This document shows, piece by piece, positions 1 to 12,449 of a stretch of DNA of 64,000 bases; position 1 is the stretch's first letter; every line of letters begins with the position of its first letter. This DNA is from Amphiscolops sp. MND2022 (taxonomy: Eukaryota): assembly GCA_964187785.1 (NCBI GenBank), contig OZ076409.1, positions 45,758,001-45,822,000 of the forward strand. The letters run 5' to 3'. The notes under the pieces were generated by a model. It worked only from the letters and a program-made list of their open reading frames with translations, was not told the origin of the DNA and searched no databases. The translations under genes and the position numbers were made by a program.

Positions 1-1624
1 CTGAACTCCCAAACAATTTCGCTGCCGCCCTTCAACAATACAAAAGATCGGAACAACGACTCATGCACAATCCTGTCACACATGATCTACATTCCGCCAC
101 CATCGAGAAAGATCTTCGCTGTGGATATATCCGCCGAACTCCCCACAATGAAGTTCCATCAACTGGATGGCTGCTACCAGAACACGGAGTCCTTCACCCA
201 AACAAACCCGGGAAACTCCGACGAGTTTCTAACGCCCGAGCTAAATACAAAGTAGTTTGTCTCAACGACATGCTTTTAACTGGACCCGACTTACTCGCCA
301 ACCTCCTTGGAATCATTCTGCGATTTCGCGAAAAAATACCCATTTTCCGCTGACATTGAAGCAATGTACATGCAGGTATCGGTGCGCCCCGCAGACAGGA
401 AATTCCTACGATTTCTCTGGGGCGAAACTGATTTTTTTTCGAATAACTTCATTTCGTCTTTGGAGCAAAATGCTCTCCAACTTGCGCTATTTTTGCTCTT
501 CAAACCTGTGCCGACGATCATTTTGACAAATATCCGCACGTTAAACGCATCGTTCGAGACAATTTTCACATGGATGATCTTTTCTTTTCTACCGACACGA
601 TTCAAGAAGCTATCAGTATCATCCACTCGCCCTTTCACGAGGAGGTTTTAATCTGACAAAAAGGATTAGCAACTCGCCCGAAATTTTGAACGACGTCCCG
701 CCCGAACATCGCGCTTTGTCCCCCGATGAAATCCGTCGCGCGCCAAAACCCCAAAAAGTCCTCGGAGTGGATTGCAAACTCTCCACAGACGAACTGGAAT
801 TTTCGCCTACCAAGCTAATTAGCCAGTTTCAAGCCAAACCCACACAACGATCCCTTCTCCGCGCAACTTCCTCCGTGTTTGACCCTTTAGGAATCGCCGC
901 ACCCGTTACAATCCGTTTTCGCATAATCCAACAAACGATCTGGCGTAAAGGTTTAAAATGGGACGACGAAATAACCCCCGCCGTTTCGCCCGAATTTTTC
1001 GACACAATCGCTGAATTGCAAGAACTGTCTGCCGTCGCTATACCGAGACGATTGTTTCCCGACGAATATCACGATATCACGCTCCATGTGTTCACTGACG
1101 CGTCCTATTCCGCCACTCGCCGCTATCGCATACTTCGTTTATCGCCAATCGCCAACATCGCCGCGCTAAGTTTGTTTCGTACTAGGCAAAGCCCGAGTTG
1201 CGCCTTTGCAGCAACAAACCATCACCAAACTCGAACTACCAGAAGCCCTTTTGGGTTCGCGTTTCGCTAACTTCCATTCAACGCGATCAGCGTCTAACAA
1301 TCAACGCGATCCACATTTGGACAGACAGCACAACTGTCTTACAATGGATCTATGGATCTCATCAACGTCTACAAGTTTTTGTTGCCAATAGGGTAGCGGA
1401 AAAACTCGAGAACACGCAAGCACATCATTGGAATCATTGTCCTGGTGAATGGAACCCCGCTGATGATGGTACACGCGGAATACCTTTTCGCGATTTTCAC
1501 TACAGTACTCGTTGGTTCCAAGGACCTGAGTTCTTGAAAAAATCAGCATCAGACTGGCCACTCAACCCTGCTCACCCGCAAGCATGTGCAAAAGTGAGCG
1601 CGTCCTTCTCATCAATTCGCACAA

Positions 1625-1775
1625 GAAGCCACAGACGTAGCCACAGATGACGCCGCAAACGTCGCAACAGATGATGCCGCAGCCGTAGCCACAGAAGAAA
1701 AAACAGCAGCAGAAGTAGCCACAGAAGAAGAAACAGCAGCAGAAGTAGCCACAAGAAGAAACAGAAGTAGCCAAG
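1625..1775 (+). repeat. Imperfect 21-27 bp tandem repeat (gtagccacagaagaa...gcagcagaa) inside BEL-1 pol
   Basis: Repeated units read VATDDAAN/VATEEKTAAE/VATEEETAAE on the + strand. Confidence 0.8.
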
Positions 1776-2325
1776 AGCGATGAAGGAAAACCCGGTGCCA
1801 GAAAGGCCACAGTAGTCGACACTGTGTCACTGTTGCCCAAAACTACTGCACGTATTACTGTCCCTGCTCACTATGACGCCAACACAACGAAGGAGACTCA
1901 TTTTGGTCAATTGCCATCATCAATTATACTTCTTTACCAGGACATCTCTTCGAGATCGTTTTTCCTCGTGAAAAAAATCAGTTCGAGTCACAGCTTTTGT
2001 CCTCCGCGCAATTCGACACTTTAAGAAACTTCGCCGCCGGCAACCGCCAACCGTCACAAAACAGGATCAACCAGATACAACATCGCAAAGTAACCCTCCA
2101 ACTCCGTGCCGCTCGTTGTCGCTTCCGCACGCCGTTCCGTTTCTCTCCGCTAATGAAATGTCTGCTTCCGAAATTTTCCTACTCCGATCATCGCAACATG
2201 AATGTTTCGCGAACGAAATTAAATCTTCATCCAAACGCCCACGCATCTCGTCAAAAAGCCGTCTACTACGTTTAAAACCCTTCCTTGATTCAACACAATC
2301 CCTTCGCGCTGAAGGACGTTTACGA

Positions 2326-3488
2326 AAATAGGCCCCTCCGGGGCTCAGTACTATTTCTGCTTTAATTTTTTTTTAAACAAAAAAATTCATTATTAAAAGA
2401 ATCATATCTGGAATACCAATACACTCTTGTTTAATCATTATTTAGCGCACAATTACATGTAATCACTGTACAAGTTTACACCGCCTTTAAATCTCGGACA
2501 AAGATTGAACTAAATTGGAAGTCTAAAATTTAGAAATCTAGTCATGATAGCTCAAAACATTCAATCAATCTCATTTTTGAAAATGTTTAGACATTCATTC
2601 AATCAATCTCCTGTTACACTTACTAGATACACTAGATATACTAGCTATAGACGTTTTGAAAAACTGTTGTTTTTGAGAATTTTGTTAAGTGCACTAGAAT
2701 GTGTACCAGTGATGTGGAACCAGTGATTTGACGTGTATAAAAGTTTCCGGTAATAGGTATTTCAAGTGTAACATTCAAAATTTCGTGTTGTAACGGTAGG
2801 TATTTGGAGATACTAGAGTACCATAAACGGTATATATGAAGTTTACCTGAAATATTCTTTATGAAGAAAAATAAAAGGCAGAGATGCTTGAATTCAAAAA
2901 TAGGCCCCTCCGGTGCACACTTTTATTTCTGCTTTAATCTTTCATTAATAATACAATCATATCTGGCACACCAATGCTCTCCTGTTTATTCATTATTTAG
3001 CGCACAATTAGGCACTGTTACATTTTATACCGCCTTTAAATCTGTTTAAAAAATCTGTACATGTAAATATCATCAAGTATTTCTTTCTAGAATCAATTTC
3101 TGACTAGAATCAATTCAGTCTCTTAGTAGTAAAAGTAGTAAATCTCGGACTAAAGCAAATATATATTTGAATGCAGGCGAAGCTCTCCGCGAAAGTATAA
3201 TTAACACTCATTCGCTTCATCTCAATAACTCGGCGCAACGAAAGCACAATTACGAACATTCGCTCGCTTCATCTCCATGACGTCAGCTTACGAATGCATA
3301 ATTACCACTCACTCGTTCAATCGCACGAGAATTGAATTGTCGTCGGCAGCTAGAGAATAATTCTTACGCTTATAGTCACTGCCGAACAAAACATCTGAAA
3401 TACTCAGTATCGTCCGAAAAACTGTACTGAAAAAAAAGTAGAGTTTGAGGTTACAATAATATTCCTGCTAAAGCAGAAATATTAAAAA
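2326..3488 (-). mobile_element. Non-autonomous Helentron/DINE-1-like (HINE) element, family A, inserted in BEL-1
   Basis: Pol stops at EGRLRK (2328) and resumes near 3489. Sub-terminal inverted repeat tatttctgcttta (2352) / taaagcagaaata (3469). Terminal GC hairpin gcccctccggggc (2332). A-tract flanks. The ~150-165 bp end block is duplicated at 2897-3044. Confidence 0.6.
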
Positions 3489-4112
3489 TCGCTCTTCGAT
3501 TACTGTAAATCATCCTATAATGCTGGATGGACCGCACCGCATAGTTCAACTTTTCGTCACCTTCATTCAAAACAGCATTGGTCATACCCGCCTGAAACAA
3601 ACTCAACACATTCTCGAATTTTGGACTTTAAACGCCGGATCCATAATAAAGAAAATCATTCGCCGCTGTTATGATTGTCGACGTCAAGATGCTTACGATA
3701 CATACCCAGAAATGTCAGATCTCCCCCGTAGCGTTTTCCTGCCAACCAACCCTTTCCGTTCTAGCAAACTGGACTAGACGTCTTTGGACCCTTCGCTTCA
3801 AAAACACTTCGCAAACTTGCGACAAACGCTACGGTTTGATTTTAACCTGCCTAACCACTCGAGCAGTTCACATAGAAATGTACCATAATTTAACCCTCGA
3901 TGCGACCATGGCCGCTCTTTGTCGTTTTTTCGCATGCCGTGGACAACCACACTTGTTAATTTCCGACAATGGTACGAATTTTACCGCTTCAGAAAAGGAA
4001 TGGTTGAAACTTTTCCATCAACCATCTCTGCAAGATTTCTTCGGTCAACAAAAATTCGATGGATCTTCAACCCACTGAAGGCGCCTCATTTCGGGGGCGT
4101 CTGGGAACGACT

Positions 4113-7100
4113 TGAATGAAAGAACTTAAAGATCATCTATTGACAGAGAGGCAAAGAAAATCCAAGCGTATCTGGATATGAACTTAAATTTACTCGAACT
4201 GATTATTTAGATGTCAAACGTTCATTTTCTAAGCAGTTTTTCCTTTCATTCCCCCATTTTTATGTTTTAAAAATTTGCAATTGCAAAATGAGGCCGGGTG
4301 TAAACTCTTTGGATTTCAACGATGAGTCACGACATGAACAACTTCAAAATCTCAATCAAAAACTACTATTTGAACTCATTCTGAATTCTTCTCCGACTCT
4401 GGAGACATTGAACCACTAACCCCAATCGTTTTTTGGTGGGGAGAGCCTACAGCAACGTTCCACTCAGCTCAACCTATCAGTCTCCTTCATCAATCACTAA
4501 ACAGTGGAAGTATGCTCAGCATTTTGCTGACCATCTATGGAACCGTTTTCAAAAAGAGTTCTATCCGTCCTTAATTCCGAGACAAAAACGGAAGGCCGTC
4601 TCAAAACCACTGAAATCAGGTTTAGTCGTCTGGATTTTACAGGAATTTACTCCTCGAGGTCTTTGGCCGTTAGGCCGTATTATTTCTCCAGTCTCTCACG
4701 GCAAAGAAAATAAATTTTCAGAAGGCCAGTACAGACAAAACAAAGTCCGAACACCGAGAGGAGAACAAGTAATTTCAACTATCTGACTGTCTGCTCTGGA
4801 AACTAGTGAATGAAAGAACTTAAAGATCATCTATTCACAGAGAGGCAAAGAAAATCCAAGCGTATCTGAATATGAACTTAAATTGACTTGAACTGATTAT
4901 TTAGATGTCAAACGTTCATTTTCTAAGCAGTTTTTCCTTTCATTCCCCCATTTTTATATTTTAAAAATTTGCAATTGCAAAATGAGGCCGGGTGTAAACT
5001 CTTTGGATTTCAACGATGAGTCACGACATGAACAACTTCAAAATCTCAATCAAAAACTACTATTTGAACTCATTCTGAATTCGTCTTCTCCGACTCTGGA
5101 GACATTGAACCACTAACCCCAATCATTTTTTGCTGGGGAGAGCCTACAGCAACGTTCCACTCAGCTCAACCTATCAGTCTCCTTCATCAATCACTAAACA
5201 GTGGAAGTATGCTCAGCATTTTGCAGACCATCTATGGAACCGTCATCAAAAAGAGTTATATCCGTCCTTAATTCCGAGACAAAAACGGAAGGCCGTCTCA
5301 AAACCACTGAAATCAGGTTCAGTCGTCTGGATTTTACAGGAATTTACTCCTCGAGGTCTTTGGCCGTTGGGCCGTATTATTTCTCCAGTCTCTCACGGCA
5401 AAGAAAATAAATTTTCAGAAGGTCAGTACAGACAAAACAAAGTCCGAACACCGAGAGGAGAACAAGTAATTTCAACTATCTGACTGTCTGCCCTGGAAAC
5501 TAGTGAATGAAAGAACTTAAAGATCATCTATTCACAGAGAGGCAAAGAAAGAATCCAAGCGTATCTGAATATGAACTTAAATTGACTTGAACTGATTATT
5601 TAGATGTCAAACGTTCATTTTCTAAGCAGTTTTTCCTTTCATTCCCCCATTTTTATATTTTAAAAATTTGCAATTGCAAAATGAGGCCGGGTGTAAACTC
5701 TTTGGATTTCAACGATGAGTCACGACATGAACAACTTCAAAATCTCAACCAAAAACTACTATTTGAACTCATTCTGAATTCTTCTCCGACTCTGGAGACA
5801 TTGAAGCACTAACACCAATCATTTTTTGGTGGGGAGAGCCTACAGCAACGTTCCACTCACCTCAACCTATCAGTCTCCTTCATCAATCACTAAACAGTGG
5901 AAGTATGCTCAGCATTTTGCTGACCATCTATGGAACCGTCATCAAAAAGAGTTATATCCGTCCTTAATTCCGAGACAAATACGGAAGGCCGTCTCAAAAC
6001 CACTGAAATCAGGTTCAGTCGTCTGGATTTTACAGGAATTTACTCCTCGAGGTCTTTGGCCGTTGGGCCGTATTATTTCTCCAGTCTCTCACGGCAAAGA
6101 AAATAAATTTTCAGAAGGTCAGTACAGACAAAACAAAGTCCGAACACCGAGAGGAGAACAAGTAATTTCAACTATCTGACTGTCTGCCCTGGAAACTAGT
6201 GAATGAAAGAACTTAAAGATCATCTATTCACAGAGAGGCAAAAAAAGAATCCAAGCGTATCTGAATATGAACTTAAATTTACTTGAACTGATTATTTAGA
6301 TGTCAAACGTTCATTTTCTAAGCAGTTTTTCCTTTCATTCCCCCATTTTTATATTTTAAAAATTTGCAATTGCAAAATGAGGCCTTGTGTAAACTCTTTG
6401 GATTTCAACGATGAGTCACGACATGAACAACTTCAAAATCTCAATCAAAAACTACTATTTGAACTCATTCTGAATTCGTCTTCTCCGACTCTGGAGACAT
6501 TGAACCACTAACCCCAATCATTTTTTGCTGGGGAGAGCCTACAGCAACGTTCCACTCAGCTCAACCTATCAGTCTCCTTCATCAATCACTAAACAGTGGA
6601 AGTATGCTCAGCATTTTGCTGACCATCTATGGAACCGTCATCAAAAAGAGTTATATCCGTCCTTAATTCCGAGACAAAAACGGAAGGCCGTCTCAAAACC
6701 ACTGAAATCAGGTTTAGTCGTCTGGAATTTACAGGAATTTACTCCTCGAGGTCTTTGGCCGTTGGGCCGTATTATTTCTCCAGTCTCTCACGGCAAAGAA
6801 AATAAATTTTCAGAAGGCCAGTACAGACAAAACAAAGTCCGAACACCGAGAGGAGAACAAGTAATTTCAACTATCTGACTGTCTGCCCTGGAAACTAGTG
6901 AATGAAAGAACTTAAAGATCATCTATTCACAGAGAGGCAAAGAAAGAATCCAAGCGTATCTGAATATGAACTTAAATTGACTTGAACTGATTATTTAGAT
7001 GTCAAACGTTCATTTTCTAAGCAGTTTTTCCTTTCATTCCCCCATTTTTATGTTTTAAAAATTTGCAATTACAAGATGAGGCCGGGTGTAAACTCTTTGG

Positions 7101-8558
7101 ATTTCAACGATGAGTCACGAAATGAACAACTTCAAAATCTCAACCAAAAACTACTATTTGAACTCATTCTGAATTCTTCTCCGACTCTGGAGACATTGAA
7201 CCACTAACCCCAATCATTTTTTGGTGGGGAGAGCCTACAGCAACGTTCCACTCAGCTCAACCTATCAGTCTCCTTCATCAATCACTAAACAGTGAAGTAT
7301 GCTCAGCATTTTGCTGACCATCTATGGAACCGTTTTCAAAAAGAGTTCTATCCGTCCTTAATTCCGAGACAAAAACGGAAGGCCGTCTCAAAACCACTGA
7401 AATCAGGTTTAGTCGTCTGGATTTTACAGGAATTTACTCCTCGAGGTCTTTGGCCGTTGGGCCGTATTATTTCTCCAGTCTCTCACGGCAAAGAAAATAA
7501 ATTTTCAGAAGGTCAGTACAGACAAAACAAAGTCCGAACACCGAGAGGAGAACAAGTAATTTCAACTATCTGACTGTCTGCCCTGGAAACTAGTGAATGA
7601 AAGAACTTAAAGATCATCTATTCACAGAGAGGCAAAGAAAGAATCCAAGCGTATCTGAATATGAACTTAAATTTACTTGAACTGATTATTTAGATGTCAA
7701 ACGTTCATTTTCTAAGCAGTTTTTCCTTTCATTCCCCCATTTTTATATTTTAAAAATTTGCAATTGCAAAATGAGGCCGGGTGTAAACTCTTTGGAATTC
7801 AACGATGAGTCACGACATGAACAACTTCAAAATCTCAATCAAAAACTACTATTTGAACTCATTCTGAATTCGTCTTCTCCGACTCTGGAGACATTGAACC
7901 ACTAACCCCAATCATTTTTTGCTGGGGAGAGCCTACAGCAACGTTCCACTCAGCTCAACCTATCAGTCTCCTTCATCAATCACTAAACAGTGGAAGTATG
8001 CTCAGCATTTTGCAGACCATCTATGGAACCGTCATCAAAAAGTTATATTCGTCCTTAATTCCGAGACAAAAACGGAAGGCCGTCTCAAAACCACTGAAAT
8101 CAGGTTCAGTCGTCTGGATTTTACAGGAATTTACTCCTCGAGGTCTTTGGCCGTATTATTTCTCCAGTCTCTCACGGCAAAGAAAATAAATTTTCACAAG
8201 GTCAGTACAGACAAAACAAAGTCCGAACACTGAGAGGAGAACAAGTAATTTCAACTATCCGATTGTCTGCCCTGGAAACTAGTGAATGAAAGAACTTAAA
8301 GATCATCTATTCACAGAGAGGCAAAGAAAGAATCCAAGCGTATCTGAATATGAACTTAAATTTACTTGAACTGATTATTCAGATGTCAAACGTTCATTTT
8401 CTAAGCAGTTTTTCCTTTCATTCCCCCATTTTTATGTTTTAAAAATTTGCAATTGCAAAATGAGGCCGGGTGTAAACTCTTTGGATTTCAACGATGAGTC
8501 ACGACATGAACAACTTCAAAATCCCAATCAAAAATTACTACTTGAACTCATTCTGAAT
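4113..8558 (+). repeat. Tandem array of ~697-bp units (6 full + 1 partial). Each unit is ~275 bp of flanking DNA plus ~420 bp of BEL C-terminal (DUF5641-like) sequence
   Basis: Unit start gaatgaaagaacttaaagatc at 4113, 4808, 5505, 6201, 6900, 7595, 8284. Repeated ORF LVGRAYSNVP...HLWNR...PRGLWPLGRI. Confidence 0.97.
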
Positions 8559-9471
8559 TTGAAAACTAGCTCTAAACTGACGAACTATTTATTAAATGAT
8601 TTACCACTTTGAGAAAACTTGATGAAATTGAACCATATTGAATAAAGGTTACATTGAATAGAAAAAGCGGCTCTAAACGAGCCAAGAGCAAGTGAAAGAT
8701 AATCTAAAGGCAAAGACGTCCAAAAATTTTATAAAGCTAGTATGCAAAAACACAAATACTTTCGTTATAGCTATTTCAATCTGGTTATACCGCTGTGGAA
8801 CAAAACTCATCCCAGGCTAAAAACGAAAAACTCCTGCTTTGATACAATAAAAATGAATCTTAGCAGGCTCCATTTTCGTTTTTAGGCTCCACGGGAAAAT
8901 AGTTTTCGAAATTGAAAAACCGGAACATAAACCAGAGCCGCATGTGCGGTAAAGGAGTCAGCTTAGGTCTTTCTCCTTCAGATGCGCTCGAATTCCAGTC
9001 ATACGATTTTGATGAAATTGCACATATTAAGTCCTTATATGGTGTAGAAAGACTCCATAAAAGTGCTTTCAAATCGTAAAGTGTTTGAGAAAATCGAAAA
9101 AAGTCCAAAATGGCTGTTTTTTGGTAATTTTCGGTCTGATTTTGGCTATGTTTCTCACATCCCAGTTATATTATTTTGATGTCATTGCGCACGCAGGAGC
9201 ACTTTTGGGCGTAGAATGACTGTGCAACATTTTATGGAAATCGCATGGTCAGCTTTTGAGAAATTTGAAATTTTCATTGAAAGGTTGGGAGAAAAAAAAA
9301 CGTCACGATTGCATAAGTAGTCGAAAATTTTAGCGACTCCTAAAAAATGTTGGAGATTACCGTTTTCATAATACTGTAATTCATAGCTTAATTGTACTTA
9401 TTTTCATCTACACTCCTTTTTCATCATTATATATATTATATTCATAGAAAGGAATTTAATGATTTTTAAAC

Positions 9472-10503
9472 CTGAGAGTCGTAGCTTCTAGTAGGATGAT
9501 AACAGAGTGTATCCATATGTAAACGAGGGCAAGTGAGAAATGACTGAGAAAGCGGAGAGGCACTTTTATGGCACCCCCGGAGGGTCTGCTTTGGCGATTG
9601 GTTGACATGGATTTGCCTGTAGCTGCCCAGAACACAGTATCTATCAAATCTTGACCCAGAGTGGCACACAGTCTATCGATTACATCTAACATATTGAACA
9701 GAATGTACACTTTCAAGACATTCTGACCTCGTATCTAAACAAATAGAACTACTGCGAACTCATTTTACACCATTCAAGCTTCATGAATATCGATATGGCT
9801 GCTGAAAGCTCTTAGCATCCGCTAAAACGTTAACACATATTAGGATATTTTAGAAGACAGAAACTTTGCTTATTTCATTGCCGTAAGGTAAAACTGGTAA
9901 TGTTCTCGAATCATCTTCAATATATGTATAACCGGAGGGTTTATAACATATCACAGTCAGTTGACAATTATCACGATCTTCGATCTCATATAGTTTCTGG
10001 ATGTTTTACAAGTTAAACGAATAACTAATTACCTGGTGATACAAAAAGGACAAATCGATCCTTTGTAAACTGTAGCAGCATAGAACAGTGAGAAGTACCC
10101 TGATGACATCACATACATGAGCGGCTTGCCATTTACGGGTATCAATGGCAGATAATTTGCCGCAAAGGAAAAACAAAATAGATTTGATGATAACAAAAAG
10201 GCGAATAGGCAGCATCGCAGGCATAAAAAGGAAAGAATCTAAAGCAAGGACAAAACCATATGTGAAGAATTTTTCAAGATGCAACGGTATTCGGATAAGT
10301 GTATTGACCTTTTCAATTTTCTCTTCATATTTGGTTTGTTCGTTATCTAAGGTATACGTATTCAAGATTTCCATTTTCAAATAATTGCTGAAACCCATTT
10401 GTGACAATTTCGAAACTAAAAGTTCCATTTGTAAGTTTGAAGACTTGATATTGTCGCTGTTGTACGTAGCTTTCAGCTCCCTGGTGGTAGAGAAAGCTGC
10501 CAT
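9472..10503 (-). CDS. TAPT1: TAPT1 / EMP65-family membrane protein, first two coding exons (10503-10033, 9734-9472); remainder outside the window
   Basis: RIPLHLEKFFTYGFVLALDSFLF, and after splicing LYHQ|IRGQNVLKVYILFNMLDVIDRLCATLGQDLIDTVFW...HSVIILLEATTL, which matches the TAPT1 core. GT-AG sites keep the frame. Confidence 0.92.
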
Positions 10504-10809
10504 ACTGAACCTGAAAAGACAATTGCATTTGAATTGAAACATTTAATTGGCTCAAACATAATATACATTTTTGGGTTTTAGCAAACATTTTCCAAAACTG
10601 AATTGACAATTTTTGCTAACAGAGTTAAATCAATCGCAAAGGCAATAATTCATTGCTTGGTCACTCCCAAGAAGGGCTAAGCGCGGTTTATACTCGGGAA
10701 AAGGATTCAAAACGTTTGCTGCCAAGATAGTCACTAAACATTTTCTATGTCTAGGGAAAACTAATCAGTTTATAGAGCTTTGAACAGAGCAAAAAATGGA
10801 CGACCTTCT

Positions 10810-11506
10810 TCTTCTATAGCTTTCACCATTCTTCAAAGGGTACGCTCTCCTCACCTCCCTGTGAGCAGGTTCGCCTGTGTCTGGCTAGATTTGTTGCTGA
10901 TACTTGAATTTGGCAATTCGGGCATGTGTATTTTAATCTGTAGATTCGGACAGTTGATTGTAGTAGGGTGTGTTTTGCGGTATATTTTTGGATGTGCGGC
11001 ATGTTCTGGAATGTCATGCAAAGTTGGAACTTGATATATCTTTGTTGCAGTTTAGACAGCGTTTCGTCATCCCGTTTGTCTCTCCGCCTTCAAACGATTT
11101 CTGGTGGTTTTTCATCACGCTTTCGGTTTTGCTGTTGCATTTTGTACATTTGAACGTGTTTGGGTTACGGTTATTTTCGTGCATTCGCTTTATATGGATG
11201 AAAAACCACCAGAAATTATGTGAAGGTGGAGAGACAAACGGGATGACGAAACGCTGTCTAAACTGCAACAAAGAGATCAAGTTTCAACTTTGCATGACAT
11301 TCCAGAACATGCCGCACATCCAAAAATATACCGCAAAACACTCCCCTGCCCGAAAACAATCAACTGCCCGAATATACAGATCAAAATACATATGCCCAAA
11401 TTGCCAAATCCAAGTATCCGCAACAAATCTAGTCAGACACAGGCGAACCTGCTCACAGGGAGGTGAGAAGAGCGTACCCTTTGAAGAAGGGTGAAAGCTA
11501 TAGAAG
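10810..11506. repeat. Long inverted repeat (arms ~10810-11116 and ~11197-11506, spacer ~80 bp) encoding CxxC/HxxxC zinc-finger remnants
   Basis: cttctatagctttcacc...ctggtggtttttcatc is mirrored by gatgaaaaaccaccag...ggtgaaagctatagaag. ORFs on opposite strands give near-identical peptides (CPNCQIQVSATNLARHRRTC). Confidence 0.93.
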
Positions 11507-11855
11507 TTTAGAGAGAGCTTTCGAGTGGTGTGGCCTCCAAGTGGCCGAAGCGCAATTCATGCGACTGGGGAAAACTCATCAGCTTTCAAAAAAAAATGGA
11601 CGATACATGGATCTATTCTGGTGTCGTCATAACAGTGTTTTCATTAATCGGCGCTTTTTCGCAATTGCAAGTTCATTTTCATTAATTTCACGAAGTCAGA
11701 AAGAACAACGTTCTTTTCTATTGTCTCCGTGGCAATACGACGCGGGTTCGAATCAAAACGACACTAAACTTTTCGAAAACTTCGCCAAAGTAGCCAGTAA
11801 GATTGTTCCATATATTCGAATTGGAAAAATGTTGAGATGAAGAACAATACAGGTC

Positions 11856-12343
11856 AACAAGACGGGAACGTCTAAAGCCGGCGCTATATCTAAGGCTCAA
11901 AAACATTTTTTTTTTCGAAAAAAACTTGAAATTTTTGAATTTTTACTTTCAGAAAATGTCGCATAGTGCCGAAAAATGTAAAAGGGGGACCCTTTGGGCT
12001 TTATTAACATATAGTCTGTTGCAAAATATCAAAAAAACTCGAAAGGGGGACTCTTTTGAGACATTAAAAAATTTTCGAAAAAAGTCGCACAATGCCGAAA
12101 AAAATCAAAAGGGGGACCCTTAGTCTCGTCCGGTTTTATAGGTTACGTTAAAAAAGTAAAAAATGAAAGGGGGGACTCTTTTGCACTAATTTCCGCTGAC
12201 CGGACTTGGCCTTTTGGTAGTAGTTTTAGTAGTTTCGATTGCAAGAAAAGTGGCCCAATCAGAGTGAGATTGTAGTCTGACGAAAAAAAACTAGCCACTG
12301 TAATATTCAGGCTCTTTTCACTAGAAAAGCGCCGACTAAAAAA
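11856..12343 (-). mobile_element. HINE/DINE-1-like element, family B, copy 1
   Basis: Ends aacaagacgggaacgtc..ccggcgc and gcgccgactaaaa. Internal aaagtcgcacaatgccgaaaa repeats shared with the other copies. Confidence 0.65.
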
Positions 12344-12449
12344 TGCCAAATTTCACACGGCCTTCGTGACCATGGTAACCATGTTTCATAGTAAGTCCGA
12401 CAATATTTGTTTGATGCTGATACGAAGAAACATTGCGCTTTCAAAATCT

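Larger units (their letters stand above)
1..4115 (+). mobile_element. BEL/Pao LTR retrotransposon pol remnant (BEL-1): RT, RNase H, integrase; frameshifted and interrupted by an insertion at 2330-3484
   Basis: BEL motifs across frames: WLLPEHGVLHPNKPGKLR, LNDMLLTGPDL, ADIEAMYMQV, SSVFDPLG, LHVFTDAS, WTDSTTVLQW, NPADDGTRG, EGRLRK/HPIMLDG, TCLTTRAVHIE, SDNGTNF, APHFGGVWERL. Confidence 0.93.

Noticed and set aside
7101..7125. Hammerhead-like cgatgagtcacgaaat in the array
   Set aside because: No CUGAUGA core or stem I, and other units read gacat.
4113..8558. CRISPR-like array or tandem family of 117-aa genes
   Set aside because: Units are ~697 bp with no unique spacers. The ORFs lack an ATG start and are BEL pol C-terminal fragments; later copies are frameshifted.
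8663..9350. A third HINE family (hairpin ggctctaaacgagcc)
   Set aside because: Looks repeat-derived, but I found no matching sub-terminal repeat or second copy to set boundaries.
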